DNA from: Holosporales bacterium
GTDB lineage: Bacteria; Pseudomonadota; Alphaproteobacteria; UBA3830; JAIRWN01
DNA length: 64,000 nucleotides
Direction of reading: 5' to 3'
Assembly: GCA_031267535.1 (NCBI GenBank)
Contig: JAIRYS010000010.1
Span: 124-64,123 of the forward strand
A model generated the notes under the pieces. That model had not been told where the DNA came from and ran no database searches. It saw only the letters and a list, made by a program, of their open reading frames with translations. Below are positions 17,923 to 27,687 of the stretch, in pieces (positions within the stretch are counted from its first letter, which is position 1; every line of letters starts with the position of its first letter). Made by a program: the position numbers and the translations under genes.

Positions 17923-18735
17923 ATGCGCAGGATTGCCGTTATATGTGGAAACGGGGATTTAGCAAAAGAGTGCATAGATTCTTGTGCCGCCAAGGGCGAG
18001 TTGTCCTGCGTTGTCGCCATTAAGGGCGATTGCTTACTGGAAAAATTTCCTTGTCCTTTTATTTACACTCATTTGGGGTATATGGGCGCCGCGCTTGATT
18101 TCATCAAAATGCATAACTCCACGCACGTAGTGCTGATCGGTGGAATCAAACGTCCCAGCGTAAGCGAACTGAAATTAGACTCAATCGGCAGGCGTTGGCT
18201 TATAAAGTTGGGAACGTTGGTGTTTGCCGGCGATAACGAGCTTTTGAAGGGCATTGCCTCTTTGCTTGAAAAGGAAAACTTGCAAGTTATCGCCGCCGCC
18301 GAGGTGCTGGGTAACGCAGGCCCCCCCATAAAAACGAAGCTGACGCCGGATAGCCTGGCAATATCTGACATAAAAAAAGGTGTAACCGTGGCAGAGGCGC
18401 TTGGGGGGTTGGACATCGGTCAAAGCATAGTCGTTCAACAAGGCATTGTCCTTGGGGTAGAGGCCAAGGAAGGAACCAACGCCCTTATCGATCGCTGCGC
18501 TGATTTAAGGCTTGCAGGACCAGGCGGCGTTCTTATAAAGCTTGCGAAACCGAATCAAGATCAACGCTTGGATATGCCGGCCATAGGCGTTGAGACGGTA
18601 AAACGCGCAGCATCGGCAGGCCTGAGGGGAATTGCCATTGAAAGCGGCATGACTTTGATTGCCGACAGGAAGGAAGTGCTGAACACCGCTGATAGGCTTG
18701 GCTTGTTCATAATCGAAACAAAAGGCTGTTGCTAG
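17923..18735 (+). CDS. lpxI: UDP-2,3-diacylglucosamine pyrophosphatase LpxI (DUF1009)
   Basis: MRRIAVICGNGDL...GQSIVVQQGIVLGVEAKEGTNALIDR...NQDQRLDMPAIGVETV is LpxI-like. The ATG at 17923 has a GAGGTG Shine-Dalgarno sequence upstream. The gene lies directly upstream of lpxB. Confidence 0.85.
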   Translation: MRRIAVICGNGDLAKECIDSCAAKGELSCVVAIKGDCLLEKFPCPFIYTHLGYMGAALDFIKMHNSTHVVLIGGIKRPSVSELKLDSIGRRWLIKLGTLVFAGDNELLKGIASLLEKENLQVIAAAEVLGNAGPPIKTKLTPDSLAISDIKKGVTVAEALGGLDIGQSIVVQQGIVLGVEAKEGTNALIDRCADLRLAGPGGVLIKLAKPNQDQRLDMPAIGVETVKRAASAGLRGIAIESGMTLIADRKEVLNTADRLGLFIIETKGCC

Positions 18736-19902
18736 TTGGCCAACACAGTATTCATCATCGCAGGTGAAGTCTCAGGCGATATAATCGGCGAAAGACTGAT
18801 AGAAGCGGTTGCCAGGCTTGATCCGTCTGTGCAATTTGTCGGTATCGGCGGCGACAGGATGATTAAGGCCGGGCTGCAGTCATTGTTTCATATGAAAGAC
18901 GTCTCAGCCATTGGTCTGGTTGAGGTTTTATCCAAGCTACCAACCATACTTAAAAAACTTCACGCGGTTAATAAAGCCATCAAAAGCATAAAGCCCAAAG
19001 CCCTGATTGCCATAGATTTCCCCGGATTTAACGACAGAATAATGAAAAAAGCAAAGAAACTGGGAATTCCGGTGATACGTTATGTCGCCCCGCAAGTATG
19101 GGCTTGGAGACCGAGCCGAGCCAAAAATATGCCAAAATTTGTCGATTGTCTGCTCACGTTATTCAAATTCGAACCGCCGCTCTTTGAAAAATACGGCTTA
19201 AAGACTGTTTTTGTTGGCCATCCGGTTGTTGAGGACGGCGACCTGGCTCACCCGTCTGCGCAGGAAATCGATGTTTTTTTTGAAAAATATAAGCTGGTGA
19301 AATCGCATCCTTTAATCTGCTTGCTGCCTGGATCCAGGCTTAGCGAAATTCATCGGCATACGCCAATTTTCCTTGAAGCCGTTAAGCTGGCCAAAAACAA
19401 AATCCCAGACCTGCAAGTATTTATCCCTACGTTTGATGATTACGTAGAATACCTTAGTGAACTTATCGACGAAAAGTGGATCAAAATCGGAACAGACTAC
19501 CGAGATAAAGGCATTGCTATGCGCACTGCGGCATGTGCTTTAGCAGCTTCTGGCACCGTAACGCTTGAGTTGGCTTATACAGGCACTCCTGCCATAGCCG
19601 CCTATCAAGTTAACCCTGTCACGGCTTTCATTGTAAAAAAGCTGATGAAAATAAAACATGTAAGCCTGGTAAACATATTACTAAAAGAAACCGCAATCCC
19701 AGAATTTTTACAAAAAGATTGTAATGCAAAAGCCCTGTGTAGCGGCCTCTTAAATCTAATCGCCAACAAAACACTGTGCGATTATCAGCGCAAAGCCTAC
19801 AAGAAAGTACTGACTGAGCTAACTTTGCCAAACGCTGTTAAGCCAAGCGATAAGGCCGCAGCTTGTGTGGCAGATTTTATTCGCGATTCAACCTTGTTTT
19901 AA
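18736..19902 (+). CDS. lpxB: Lipid-A-disaccharide synthase
   Basis: 388 aa with a TTG start abutting the lpxI stop. LpxB blocks are IAGEVSGD, IDFPGFN, YVAPQVWAWR and LLPGSR. Confidence 0.9.
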   Translation: MANTVFIIAGEVSGDIIGERLIEAVARLDPSVQFVGIGGDRMIKAGLQSLFHMKDVSAIGLVEVLSKLPTILKKLHAVNKAIKSIKPKALIAIDFPGFNDRIMKKAKKLGIPVIRYVAPQVWAWRPSRAKNMPKFVDCLLTLFKFEPPLFEKYGLKTVFVGHPVVEDGDLAHPSAQEIDVFFEKYKLVKSHPLICLLPGSRLSEIHRHTPIFLEAVKLAKNKIPDLQVFIPTFDDYVEYLSELIDEKWIKIGTDYRDKGIAMRTAACALAASGTVTLELAYTGTPAIAAYQVNPVTAFIVKKLMKIKHVSLVNILLKETAIPEFLQKDCNAKALCSGLLNLIANKTLCDYQRKAYKKVLTELTLPNAVKPSDKAAACVADFIRDSTLF

Positions 19903-20036
19903 CAAGCGCTAAATTTCATCAGCTCCCTTTTTTATGCCTCCCAGGACAGTGTCTGTGGCTGCTGGTAGGGTATAAGAAATAGGAAAAGCACCGGTACCAG
20001 CGCAGTCTTCAAAGCCCAACTATATAGATCCGAAAC

Positions 20037-21542
20037 CTACTCCTCCGTCCAAGAGAGTCCGAGTTGCCATGGGGTGGTTGCAGCAGATCTTGCTTCTTCT
20101 AATTTAGCCTCAAGTCTAGCTTTTTCATCACGGATTTGTTGTGCCATTCGGTCTAGACGATCTCTATATTCAGCCAGCTGAGACTCGTCATATTGCGTTT
20201 CGCCAGCTAACTGAGCTTCACGATATTCAGCTAATCGAGCTTCATAACGTTCAACTAACTGAGCTTCATTAAGCAAGCCCTTAACTTTTTCCAAATGAGA
20301 AGCGATATTGTCAGCACCAAAGCTTAACAAGAAACGAATATATTCTTGATTCTGGCAATCGGCTAAGAACTCGGAAATATTATCCACAATCCAATTAACG
20401 CTAAACTCTTTATCCAGATCATGCAACTGCGACTTGGAGTGCTGTCTGTAGTAATACATTGCGGGAGTGTCCGATTCAAGTACTAGCGCTATCGTTTTGC
20501 AGCCACTACTGTGACCGATAAAATCATGCATCGTGTCACCGATACAACTAAGTATCGGCCTAAAAACTATTCCGAGGCCGTTGTCGTCCCCAATAGGATT
20601 ATATACATCACTACAGCCCAAAAAACGTCTCATAACAAGAGAGCGCTCAATCAGAAGCATTTTTTCAACCGCCTCTTTACGATACTTAAATACTATAGGC
20701 AGATATCCAACTGAGTTGCTTGCGTTATTAAAAACCCTTCTACCATCTTGATCGTAAGCTAGTCCGTCGTAGAAGTCTCCTCCTTTGTCAGGCATTTGCC
20801 ATACATACGACATTCCGGCAATTGACACGTCTTCCTCAAAATGCTGAATTCTGTCAACTGTTAAGATGCCAAACTGCTGGTTCAAATATTCTCCATTAAC
20901 TATATCCACTTTGGTACGCACTGCAGCCTGCAACATCACTCGATAAAGACAAGAATGAACCGCATCGTCATTATCCATGAATGTATAATACAACTTATTC
21001 TCGTGGGCGGCAGCCATTAAAGAACTGTCACCAAACATAAGGTTGTGTAGATCGCCTAGCAACAATCTTCTGGTAATTCCACAACCAAAATTGCATTTAT
21101 TTTGATAAATTAGTACATTTGGCAGTTGATATTTGCCAAGACAAGCATTCAGTAGGGCTATACTCTGTGCAATTTGATCTGGGTTTTCATCTGTTCGAAA
21201 CAAAAAAACAACATGAACTTCCGGAATTTTTACCGCACAAGCAGAAAGCGTGTGAATTAGATCATCCCAAAAAGGCCTACCACTGCAGTGAAGAGGCGTC
21301 AGAACTGCCAAGGCTGAACCTTGTATCCCGACTTGCTCTGCCATTCTAAGGGGAAACCTCGTCATTGCTGCGCGGGGAGAAACCAAACCTCCCGAATCTG
21401 CCGCCGCTTCAAGAAAAGCCTCACTCCCCACCGGTACGCTTGCTAAGCTAAAATACGGACTTAGTCCCAATAAAACCAAAATTGACAGCAATCTACGCAT
21501 AATGTTTCCCATACAACTATTTACATTGCCACAATGTAACAT
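20037..21542 (-). CDS. Hypothetical exported protein with a possible GT-A (DXD) glycosyltransferase-like region and a C-terminal coiled coil
   Basis: 501-aa ORF with alternative starts at 21512 and 21500. From 21500 it begins with a Sec-type leader, MRRLLSILVLLGLSPYFSLASV. The middle has a weak GT2-like pattern (HVVFLFRTDENPDQIAQSI..., NFGCGITR, YTFMDNDDAV). The C-terminus is a charged heptad-like repeat (RLAEYREAQLAGE...QLAEYRDRLDRMAQQIRDEKARLEAKLEEA). The function is unknown. Confidence 0.6.
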   Translation of the reverse strand: MLHCGNVNSCMGNIMRRLLSILVLLGLSPYFSLASVPVGSEAFLEAAADSGGLVSPRAAMTRFPLRMAEQVGIQGSALAVLTPLHCSGRPFWDDLIHTLSACAVKIPEVHVVFLFRTDENPDQIAQSIALLNACLGKYQLPNVLIYQNKCNFGCGITRRLLLGDLHNLMFGDSSLMAAAHENKLYYTFMDNDDAVHSCLYRVMLQAAVRTKVDIVNGEYLNQQFGILTVDRIQHFEEDVSIAGMSYVWQMPDKGGDFYDGLAYDQDGRRVFNNASNSVGYLPIVFKYRKEAVEKMLLIERSLVMRRFLGCSDVYNPIGDDNGLGIVFRPILSCIGDTMHDFIGHSSGCKTIALVLESDTPAMYYYRQHSKSQLHDLDKEFSVNWIVDNISEFLADCQNQEYIRFLLSFGADNIASHLEKVKGLLNEAQLVERYEARLAEYREAQLAGETQYDESQLAEYRDRLDRMAQQIRDEKARLEAKLEEARSAATTPWQLGLSWTEE

Positions 21543-21561
21543 GAAAAACTGTATTGGTCAA

Positions 21562-22317
21562 TTATTTTTTATGACTGGCGTTTGTTCTCTGCGTCGGATT
21601 AATAAAATGCTGTAGGGCAGGGTTGTTAGAGTTATTTAGAGCGTCGACTTTGTCTTCCCAAATTATTTGACCGTTGTCTAAAAGAGCAACGCGATCAGCT
21701 ATCACATTGGCAACGTTCAGATCATGAGTGATTGTGATACAGCAAAGATCCAGCTTATCAATCGTCTTTCTGATAAGCTTGGTTATTGTCGATCCGGTAA
21801 CCGGGTCAAGTCCGGACGTCGGCTCGTCGAATAACATTATATCTGGCTTAAGGGCAATGGCCCTGGCCAAGGCGACACGCTTCTGCATCCCGCCTGATAA
21901 AGCAGACGGGTAAAGCTTAAATGCGCTTTGGTCCAGCTCTACTGCCAGCAGTTTCTCTCTTGCAATTTCAGTCGCATTGGATATGCCTCGATTTGTCAAG
22001 CCAAAACTGACGTTTTGTTCAACCGTCATAGAGTCAAACAAAGCTCCGCTTTGAAACATCATGCTGAACTGAGATAAATACTGCCGCCTGCGCTTTCTGT
22101 CATCGACGCTTATGCCTCCGGCTACTACGTTGCCAGAATTCATATACACCAACCCCAACAACACCTTGAACATAACAGATTTGCCCACGCCGGAGCGGCC
22201 AAGAATTACCAAAGACTCGTTCTGGCGCACCTTTAGACAGAAGTCATTAAGAACCATAGTGCCGTTGCTAAATGTTTTACAAGCATTCTTGAACTCTATT
22301 TTGATTGGGGTAGGCAT
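21562..22317 (-). CDS. mlaF: Phospholipid ABC transporter ATP-binding protein MlaF-like
   Basis: Walker A GRSGVGKS, signature LSGGMQKR and Walker B IMLFDEPTSGLD. The ATG at 22317 lies 1 nt after the mlaE stop and is preferred over 22347. Confidence 0.85.
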   Translation of the reverse strand: MPTPIKIEFKNACKTFSNGTMVLNDFCLKVRQNESLVILGRSGVGKSVMFKVLLGLVYMNSGNVVAGGISVDDRKRRRQYLSQFSMMFQSGALFDSMTVEQNVSFGLTNRGISNATEIAREKLLAVELDQSAFKLYPSALSGGMQKRVALARAIALKPDIMLFDEPTSGLDPVTGSTITKLIRKTIDKLDLCCITITHDLNVANVIADRVALLDNGQIIWEDKVDALNNSNNPALQHFINPTQRTNASHKK

Positions 22318-22318
22318 T

Positions 22319-23104
22319 TTATGCTCCAAAAAACATTGCTGTAACAATGTAGTTGAGAATCAGAATTCCCATACACGCCGCCACCACTGCCATGGTTGTC
22401 GCTTCGCCTACACTTTTTGCCCCTCGCGCCGAGTTAAAGCCATAAAAGCAGCCAAATACCGCAATAGTAAAACCGAAACAAGCCGATTTAACCAGGCCGC
22501 ATATAACGTCATCTGCCGCCAGATTCGCCAAGGTCTGCGTCATATATGGACGCGAAGCAAACCCGAGTTTTGTCGTGCCTACTAAAAAGCCGCCGAACAC
22601 GCCTATGACGTCGGCCAGTAACGTAAGAAGCGGCAAGCAAATCAGACACGCCAATATGCGTGGAGCGACAAGAAACCTAAAAGGGTTTACGCCAAGAATC
22701 TCAAGCGCATCGATTTGTTCAGATATCTTCATTGACCCGAGTTCGGCGGCTATTGAAGCACTCGTTCGACCCGCCACCATTAACCCGGCCATAACCGGGC
22801 CCAATTCGCGCGTTATTGCGACGATTACAACCGTAGCCACTGCGCTTTCACCGGAAAATTTTGCAAACCCGACATAGGTTTGCAGCGCAATTACCATCCC
22901 GCTGAACACGGCCGTCAGCCCCACGATAGGAATCGAGAAGAAACCGGCATTCAACATCTGTTTAAGCAGCTCGCCCATATAAAGCGGCCAAGAACAGCAC
23001 GCCCAAACGCCTTTCGAGACAAAGATTGCAACTTTGCCGGCTTCAACCAACATGCTTATCGTCCTTGCCCCTATATTAGCCAGTAAATTCATGATCACGC
23101 TCAA
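22319..23104 (-). CDS. mlaE: Phospholipid ABC transporter permease MlaE-like
   Basis: 261 aa with the MlaE pattern ...AITRELGPVMAGLMVAGRTSASIAAELGSMKISEQIDALE.... Its start overlaps the alr stop by 4 nt. Confidence 0.85.
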   Translation of the reverse strand: MSVIMNLLANIGARTISMLVEAGKVAIFVSKGVWACCSWPLYMGELLKQMLNAGFFSIPIVGLTAVFSGMVIALQTYVGFAKFSGESAVATVVIVAITRELGPVMAGLMVAGRTSASIAAELGSMKISEQIDALEILGVNPFRFLVAPRILACLICLPLLTLLADVIGVFGGFLVGTTKLGFASRPYMTQTLANLAADDVICGLVKSACFGFTIAVFGCFYGFNSARGAKSVGEATTMAVVAACMGILILNYIVTAMFFGA

Positions 23105-24279
23105 TTCAGGTATATCCTATACGGCCTGTTTCCTAGACTACACAGAAATTCTAAAGATATGGTTCCTATTTTGCCAGCAATTTCTTCGGCGCTCAGCTCT
23201 GGGCTGCATATTGTGCTCCATTGTCCGGGATAGATTAAATCCTCAGGTATATCAGTTACGTCTACGGTTACCAGATCCATAGATATGCGACCAACTATCT
23301 TCGTCCTATATCCAGCAATTATGACGTCTCCACCTTCGCCGTTACTTGAGCCAAGCGCTCTTGGAATACCATCGGCGTATCCTATGCCAATTGTCGCTAT
23401 TCTTGAAAACCGTTTGCATACATAAGACGCGCCATATCCAACGGGACAGCCGGGTTTAGCATGATTTGTGTTGAGAATCTTGGCGTATATGCTTACTGGT
23501 TGCAAAGTAGGCTTGAATTTATCCAGCCTAGTAGTCAAGCCGAAGAGAAACGTCCCCACCCTAACCATATCAAAATGATACTCGGGCCCGTGTAATATTC
23601 CTTTTGAGTTGGAAAAGGTTGCTGGAATATCGCTGAATATTCGTTTAAAACGCCTGAATCTGACAAGCTGCTTAAGATTATTGGGGTTATGCTCATCGTC
23701 TGAGCAAGCGAGGTGACTCATGATATATCGAATATCCAAAGCGCTTCTTACATCAGGTCGATTAGCATACCACAAAGCGTCTTGCCAGCTGAGCCCGGTG
23801 CGCGTCATACCCGTGTCAAAGTGTAGTATAGCAGGCAGCCTTCTGTCGCAAGCTTTAGCGTAATTATACCAACGCTCAACCTGAGATTTGTCGATAAGCG
23901 TGGGAATGAGGTTATGCTCCAGAAACGCCTCTTCCGTTTGAGGCAGCAGGCCGCACAGCACATATATGCGTGAATCTTTTGTCGCTACATTACGCAGAGC
24001 GATTCCTTCGACAATATCTGCAACAAAGAAATCTTGGCACCCGTCGCTGACCAACGTTTGTGCAACTTGGACAGCGCCAAGCCCGTATGCATTTGCTTTT
24101 AAAACCGTTGCACACAAGCATTTATTGACGTTACTTTTAGCAAGTACAGCTTTTATCCTGTGGTAGTTGCTTCTTATGACCCTGAGGTCGATCACAATCG
24201 CCGAAGCGTTCTGTGCGGGAACGAGCTGAAGCTGCTTATATATGTAATCAGGAATACATTGACGTCCGATTTCATGCAT
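23101..24279 (-). CDS. alr: Alanine racemase
   Basis: It has the PLP-lysine motif ATVLKANAYGLG and the C-terminal racemase domain (GRISMDLVTVDVT). The ORF extends to 24402, but that extension runs through tRNA-Cys, so the ATG at 24279 is used. Confidence 0.9.
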   Translation of the reverse strand: MHEIGRQCIPDYIYKQLQLVPAQNASAIVIDLRVIRSNYHRIKAVLAKSNVNKCLCATVLKANAYGLGAVQVAQTLVSDGCQDFFVADIVEGIALRNVATKDSRIYVLCGLLPQTEEAFLEHNLIPTLIDKSQVERWYNYAKACDRRLPAILHFDTGMTRTGLSWQDALWYANRPDVRSALDIRYIMSHLACSDDEHNPNNLKQLVRFRRFKRIFSDIPATFSNSKGILHGPEYHFDMVRVGTFLFGLTTRLDKFKPTLQPVSIYAKILNTNHAKPGCPVGYGASYVCKRFSRIATIGIGYADGIPRALGSSNGEGGDVIIAGYRTKIVGRISMDLVTVDVTDIPEDLIYPGQWSTICSPELSAEEIAGKIGTISLEFLCSLGNRPYRIYLN

Positions 24280-24313
24280 TGGGTTTTCTGTGACTTTTAG
24301 GTCAAACGTAACA

Positions 24314-24387
24314 TGGAGGCCGGGATCGGAATCGAACCAACGTACAAGGATTTGCAGTCCTCTGCATAGCCACTCTGCCACCCGGCC
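24314..24387 (-). tRNA. tRNA-Cys (anticodon GCA)
   Basis: The reverse complement is GGCCGGGTGGCAGAGTGGCTATGCAGAGGACTGCAAATCCTTGTACGTTGGTTCGATTCCGATCCCGGCCTCCA. The anticodon loop is CTGCAAA and CCA is encoded. Confidence 0.9.
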
Positions 24388-24591
24388 GTACCAAAGCCGC
24401 ATGATAACATAAACTCTATCAGGTTAAGATATTTTTAGTAATGAGGTAACTTAAGACCACATTGTATAGGCGGGTAAACCCAAGAAAGTCGCGCTACATC
24501 AGCAATCTTGGGATAATTGACTTATATAGTTTTTTAACAAAGTTTTTTGTGATATACGTACGCAGGCGTTCTTAGCAGGTTATATTGGAGT

Positions 24592-25056
24592 ATGAAAACC
24601 GAAAGCTCTTACCTAAAGGTTGTGTTTCTGATAGAGCGTCTGCACAGGCTTTTCCTTGAGAACATAAAGGCAGAGCTTGACGATGCGAGAATATACGACA
24701 TAAACAATACTCAAGCTTTGATTTTGTACAATGTAGGCAAAGATCAAGTGTCTGTGGGAGAGTTAACTCAACGTGGGTATTATCTTGGTTCGAACGTGTC
24801 TTACAATCTGCGAAAAATGGTTGAAAATGATTTTTTGGTTCAAGAAGCCTCGCCACACGATAAGCGGTCGACTATTGTGAAATTATCAAGCAAGGGACTG
24901 AAGCTGTATGAATTCATGAGCCGAGTAATGGAAAAACATGTAGAGGCCTTGAATAAAGAAGGCATTGTCGACAAGTTATTTGGCGATACTGTAAGTCAGC
25001 TAAAGTCTCTAGAGAGGTTCTGGATCCAAGGTAAAGGAAACTTTTCCTTCAAGTAA
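24592..25056 (+). CDS. MarR-family winged-helix transcriptional regulator
   Basis: 154 aa with the sequence NNTQALILYNVGKDQVSVGELTQRGYYLGSNVSYNLRKMVENDFLVQEASPHDKRSTIVKLSSKG, a typical MarR wHTH. Confidence 0.75.
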   Translation: MKTESSYLKVVFLIERLHRLFLENIKAELDDARIYDINNTQALILYNVGKDQVSVGELTQRGYYLGSNVSYNLRKMVENDFLVQEASPHDKRSTIVKLSSKGLKLYEFMSRVMEKHVEALNKEGIVDKLFGDTVSQLKSLERFWIQGKGNFSFK

Positions 25057-25126
25057 GAGCTAGCCTACTCTGGTTATAGCCCCTTTTCTAAAGAGAGTTA
25101 TAGCAAAACCTTGAAAACCCGTACAG

Positions 25127-25441
25127 TCAGAACTTATAGCTGGGATCTACTATTACGATCTCGTCCTTCTCGTTCCAGCCAAGTATCTTTCTGATTTGCT
25201 CATCCAAAAGATCCGGGTCAAGCGAACGACTTCTTAGCCGACTTACGCTGTTTTCAAGCGAGGCGCTTTGTCGTTTTAAATTACCTAAACGACCGTTTAG
25301 AACTGTGATCTTGCTGTTCACCTGTCGCCAAGAAAACATTCCTCGCTTTCCGCAAAGAATGTGATAGGAAAAATAAGCCGTTAGTCCCAAGCAAAACAGC
25401 GGTAACCAGACTTTTTTTAAAGGATGAGCATCCGTATTCAC
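25127..25441 (-). CDS. ftsB: Septum formation initiator FtsB/DivIC family
   Basis: 104 aa with one N-terminal TM followed by a coiled coil (VLNGRLGNLKRQSASLENSVSRLR) and DPDLLDEQIRKILG. Confidence 0.75.
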   Translation of the reverse strand: MNTDAHPLKKVWLPLFCLGLTAYFSYHILCGKRGMFSWRQVNSKITVLNGRLGNLKRQSASLENSVSRLRSRSLDPDLLDEQIRKILGWNEKDEIVIVDPSYKF

Positions 25442-25445
25442 AGCT

Positions 25446-26282
25446 TTAGTACCCTTTAACAGTACGGTCGACTGCTCTTAGTTGCGTTAACAGACTCTCT
25501 AAATCATCGAGTCTTAACATATTTGTCCCGTCGCAAGGGGCTTGGTCTGGGTTGTTATGAACCTCAAGAAAGACGCCAGCAACGCCGGCCGCAACAGCTG
25601 CGCGTGACAGGATTGGAATAAATTCACGTTGTCCGCCGCTTTTAACGCCAAGCCCGCCTGGGATCTGGACAGAATGCGTACCGTCAAATATCACTGGATA
25701 GCCGGTCGCCGACATTATGGGTAAGGATCTCATATCTACAACCAAATTATTGTAACCAAACATGGCGCCGCGTTCACACACCATAATGTTATCATTTCCG
25801 TTTTTAGCGACCTTTTCCGTTGCTTGAATGATATCCCAAGGGGCCAAAAACTGGCCTTTTTTGATGTTCAGCGGTTTTTTAGTTTTTGCCGCTGCAACTA
25901 GCAAATCGGTCTGACGACACAGAAACGCCGGAATCTGGAGCATATCAACCACTTCCGCAACTAGCGCACACTGATCTGGCAAATGAACATCGGTTACAAC
26001 CGGGCATTTCAGCTCGGACTTGATTTCTTGAAATATTTTCAGCGTTCTCTCCAGCCCTATACCCCGACCGGAATTTATACTAGTCCTGTTGGCTTTATCG
26101 AAAGAGCTTTTAAATACAAAGCCAAAACCGAGCTTTTTGGTTATATTACACAGGCGATCGGCCATAAACATAGCATGATCGCGACTTTCAACAACGCAAG
26201 GCCCTAGTATAAGGGATAATGGCAGCTCGTTACCAAACTTAACCCCACTTACGTCAATGGTTTTTTGCTTGCTGATTTGCAT
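25446..26282 (-). CDS. kdsA: 3-deoxy-8-phosphooctulonate synthase
   Basis: 278 aa with KdsA blocks GPCVVESRD, FKSSFDKANRTS, LQIPAFLCRQTDL, NIKKGQF and FDGTHSVQ. Confidence 0.95.
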   Translation of the reverse strand: MQISKQKTIDVSGVKFGNELPLSLILGPCVVESRDHAMFMADRLCNITKKLGFGFVFKSSFDKANRTSINSGRGIGLERTLKIFQEIKSELKCPVVTDVHLPDQCALVAEVVDMLQIPAFLCRQTDLLVAAAKTKKPLNIKKGQFLAPWDIIQATEKVAKNGNDNIMVCERGAMFGYNNLVVDMRSLPIMSATGYPVIFDGTHSVQIPGGLGVKSGGQREFIPILSRAAVAAGVAGVFLEVHNNPDQAPCDGTNMLRLDDLESLLTQLRAVDRTVKGY

Positions 26283-26288
26283 AAAAAT

Positions 26289-26687
26289 TTAAGATATCCG
26301 CTCGTTTACATCTGACTGCCCGTCTGCAGAAGAGAAATATAATGGCTTGAATATGTCGTAATGCTGATTTTCGTAAAGCACGTTAGTACGGCCTAGAGAG
26401 AATGGCGTTTCGTCTTCTAAAAGCAAATAACCAACAAAAACGCACACACAAAACACGACGACCCAGATAAAAAATTTTATAACCTTTAGAAGGCAGTTTT
26501 TCTTGGAGCACTTGTTTTGGCAGGGGGCTGCGCACGCGCAACGTCTGCCGATCTTTGGGGCCGTCCCTTTATCGCTGTCTAGGGACCAAACATGCCCGCA
26601 GGCTTTGCATCTTACTTTGCGACTTGGACTTAGTTTGTTGATATCCAACCTGTATCTCTTGCTGCAATTGGGGCATGTGACTGTCAT
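26289..26687 (-). CDS. MJ0042-type zinc-ribbon membrane protein
   Basis: 132 aa. The N-terminus MTVTCPNCSKRYRLD...VRCKACGHVW is a CxxC...CxxC zinc ribbon, followed by one TM helix. Confidence 0.65.
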   Translation of the reverse strand: MTVTCPNCSKRYRLDINKLSPSRKVRCKACGHVWSLDSDKGTAPKIGRRCACAAPCQNKCSKKNCLLKVIKFFIWVVVFCVCVFVGYLLLEDETPFSLGRTNVLYENQHYDIFKPLYFSSADGQSDVNERIS

Positions 26688-26793
26688 AGCGCTAATATCC
26701 CTGCAATCCTGTATAGTCTTATCTTATAGCCTGCGCACCCGATTTTGCAAATTCTATCGGATTTTAGCATACAGCGCGCATTACCGCGGAAAC

Positions 26794-27687
26794 TTACAAC
26801 TTATTTTTGGAAAGAGGGTGGTTGGCCAGCAGTTCTTCTTTGATTTTATCGTTGGTCAGGTGGGTATAGATTTCTGTGGTTACGATACTTTGGTGCCCCA
26901 GCATCTTTTTTACGCTTAGAATATCAGCTCCATTGTTTATAAGATGGGTGGCAAATGCATGCCTCATTACATGAGGCGACACTAGACTTAAATCTATTCC
27001 CGCCACAGAGGCCAATACTTTAATAATTTGAAATATGCGCTGTCTGGTCAACTTTCCTTTAGGATGAATCGATGGGAAAAGCCAGCTGACGCTGATAAGA
27101 TTCTGCTGTGATTTCCATTCCTCCAGCAAAGATAGAAGCCGCTCGGGAACCGGGACAATACGCTCGCGCCCGCCCTTACCGTGTACCAGGACATATTGTC
27201 TATCAAAAGCGATTGAATTTATTTTAAGGTTAAGCATCTCGCTTACGCGAAGCCCGCTTCCATAGAGAAAATGCACAATCAACCTAGCTCGCAGCGATTC
27301 TGGATATTTCAGCGTATCGGCCGCTTGCAACATCTTAAAAATAGCTTGTGTATCCAGGAACTTTGGCAGGTTCTTGACTATTTTCGGGCTGTCGATATGC
27401 AGCGTAGGATTCAAGGTTACTATTTGCTCTTCCGTTAGGAAATTATAAAATTGCCTTAGTGCAGACAGATGTCGACAAGTGGTTCTGTTAGATTTTTTTT
27501 GATCATAAAGCGCCCCCATATAGTTTGAGATATCTACCGCAGTAACAGATTCAAACGGCATAGGGCTGATAAATTGCATAAACGCCCGCAGATCCATGAC
27601 ATAGGACTTGACGGTGTTTTCTGCGCTTCCATATTGACCTGTAAGAGCCTCAGTAAACAGCTCTATAAGATTGTCTTGCTTTGACAT
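26794..27687 (-). CDS. xerD: Tyrosine recombinase XerD-like
   Basis: 297 aa with the catalytic pattern GLRVSE, HGKGGRER, HVMRHAFATHL and LGHQSIVTTEIYTH. Assignment as XerD rather than XerC is tentative. Confidence 0.8.
   Translation of the reverse strand: MSKQDNLIELFTEALTGQYGSAENTVKSYVMDLRAFMQFISPMPFESVTAVDISNYMGALYDQKKSNRTTCRHLSALRQFYNFLTEEQIVTLNPTLHIDSPKIVKNLPKFLDTQAIFKMLQAADTLKYPESLRARLIVHFLYGSGLRVSEMLNLKINSIAFDRQYVLVHGKGGRERIVPVPERLLSLLEEWKSQQNLISVSWLFPSIHPKGKLTRQRIFQIIKVLASVAGIDLSLVSPHVMRHAFATHLINNGADILSVKKMLGHQSIVTTEIYTHLTNDKIKEELLANHPLSKNKL

Noticed and set aside
24280-24402. N-terminal extension of the alr ORF (433 aa version starting at 24402).
   Set aside because: The extension is read straight through tRNA-Cys (24314-24387). 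The racemase homology starts after the ATG at 24279.
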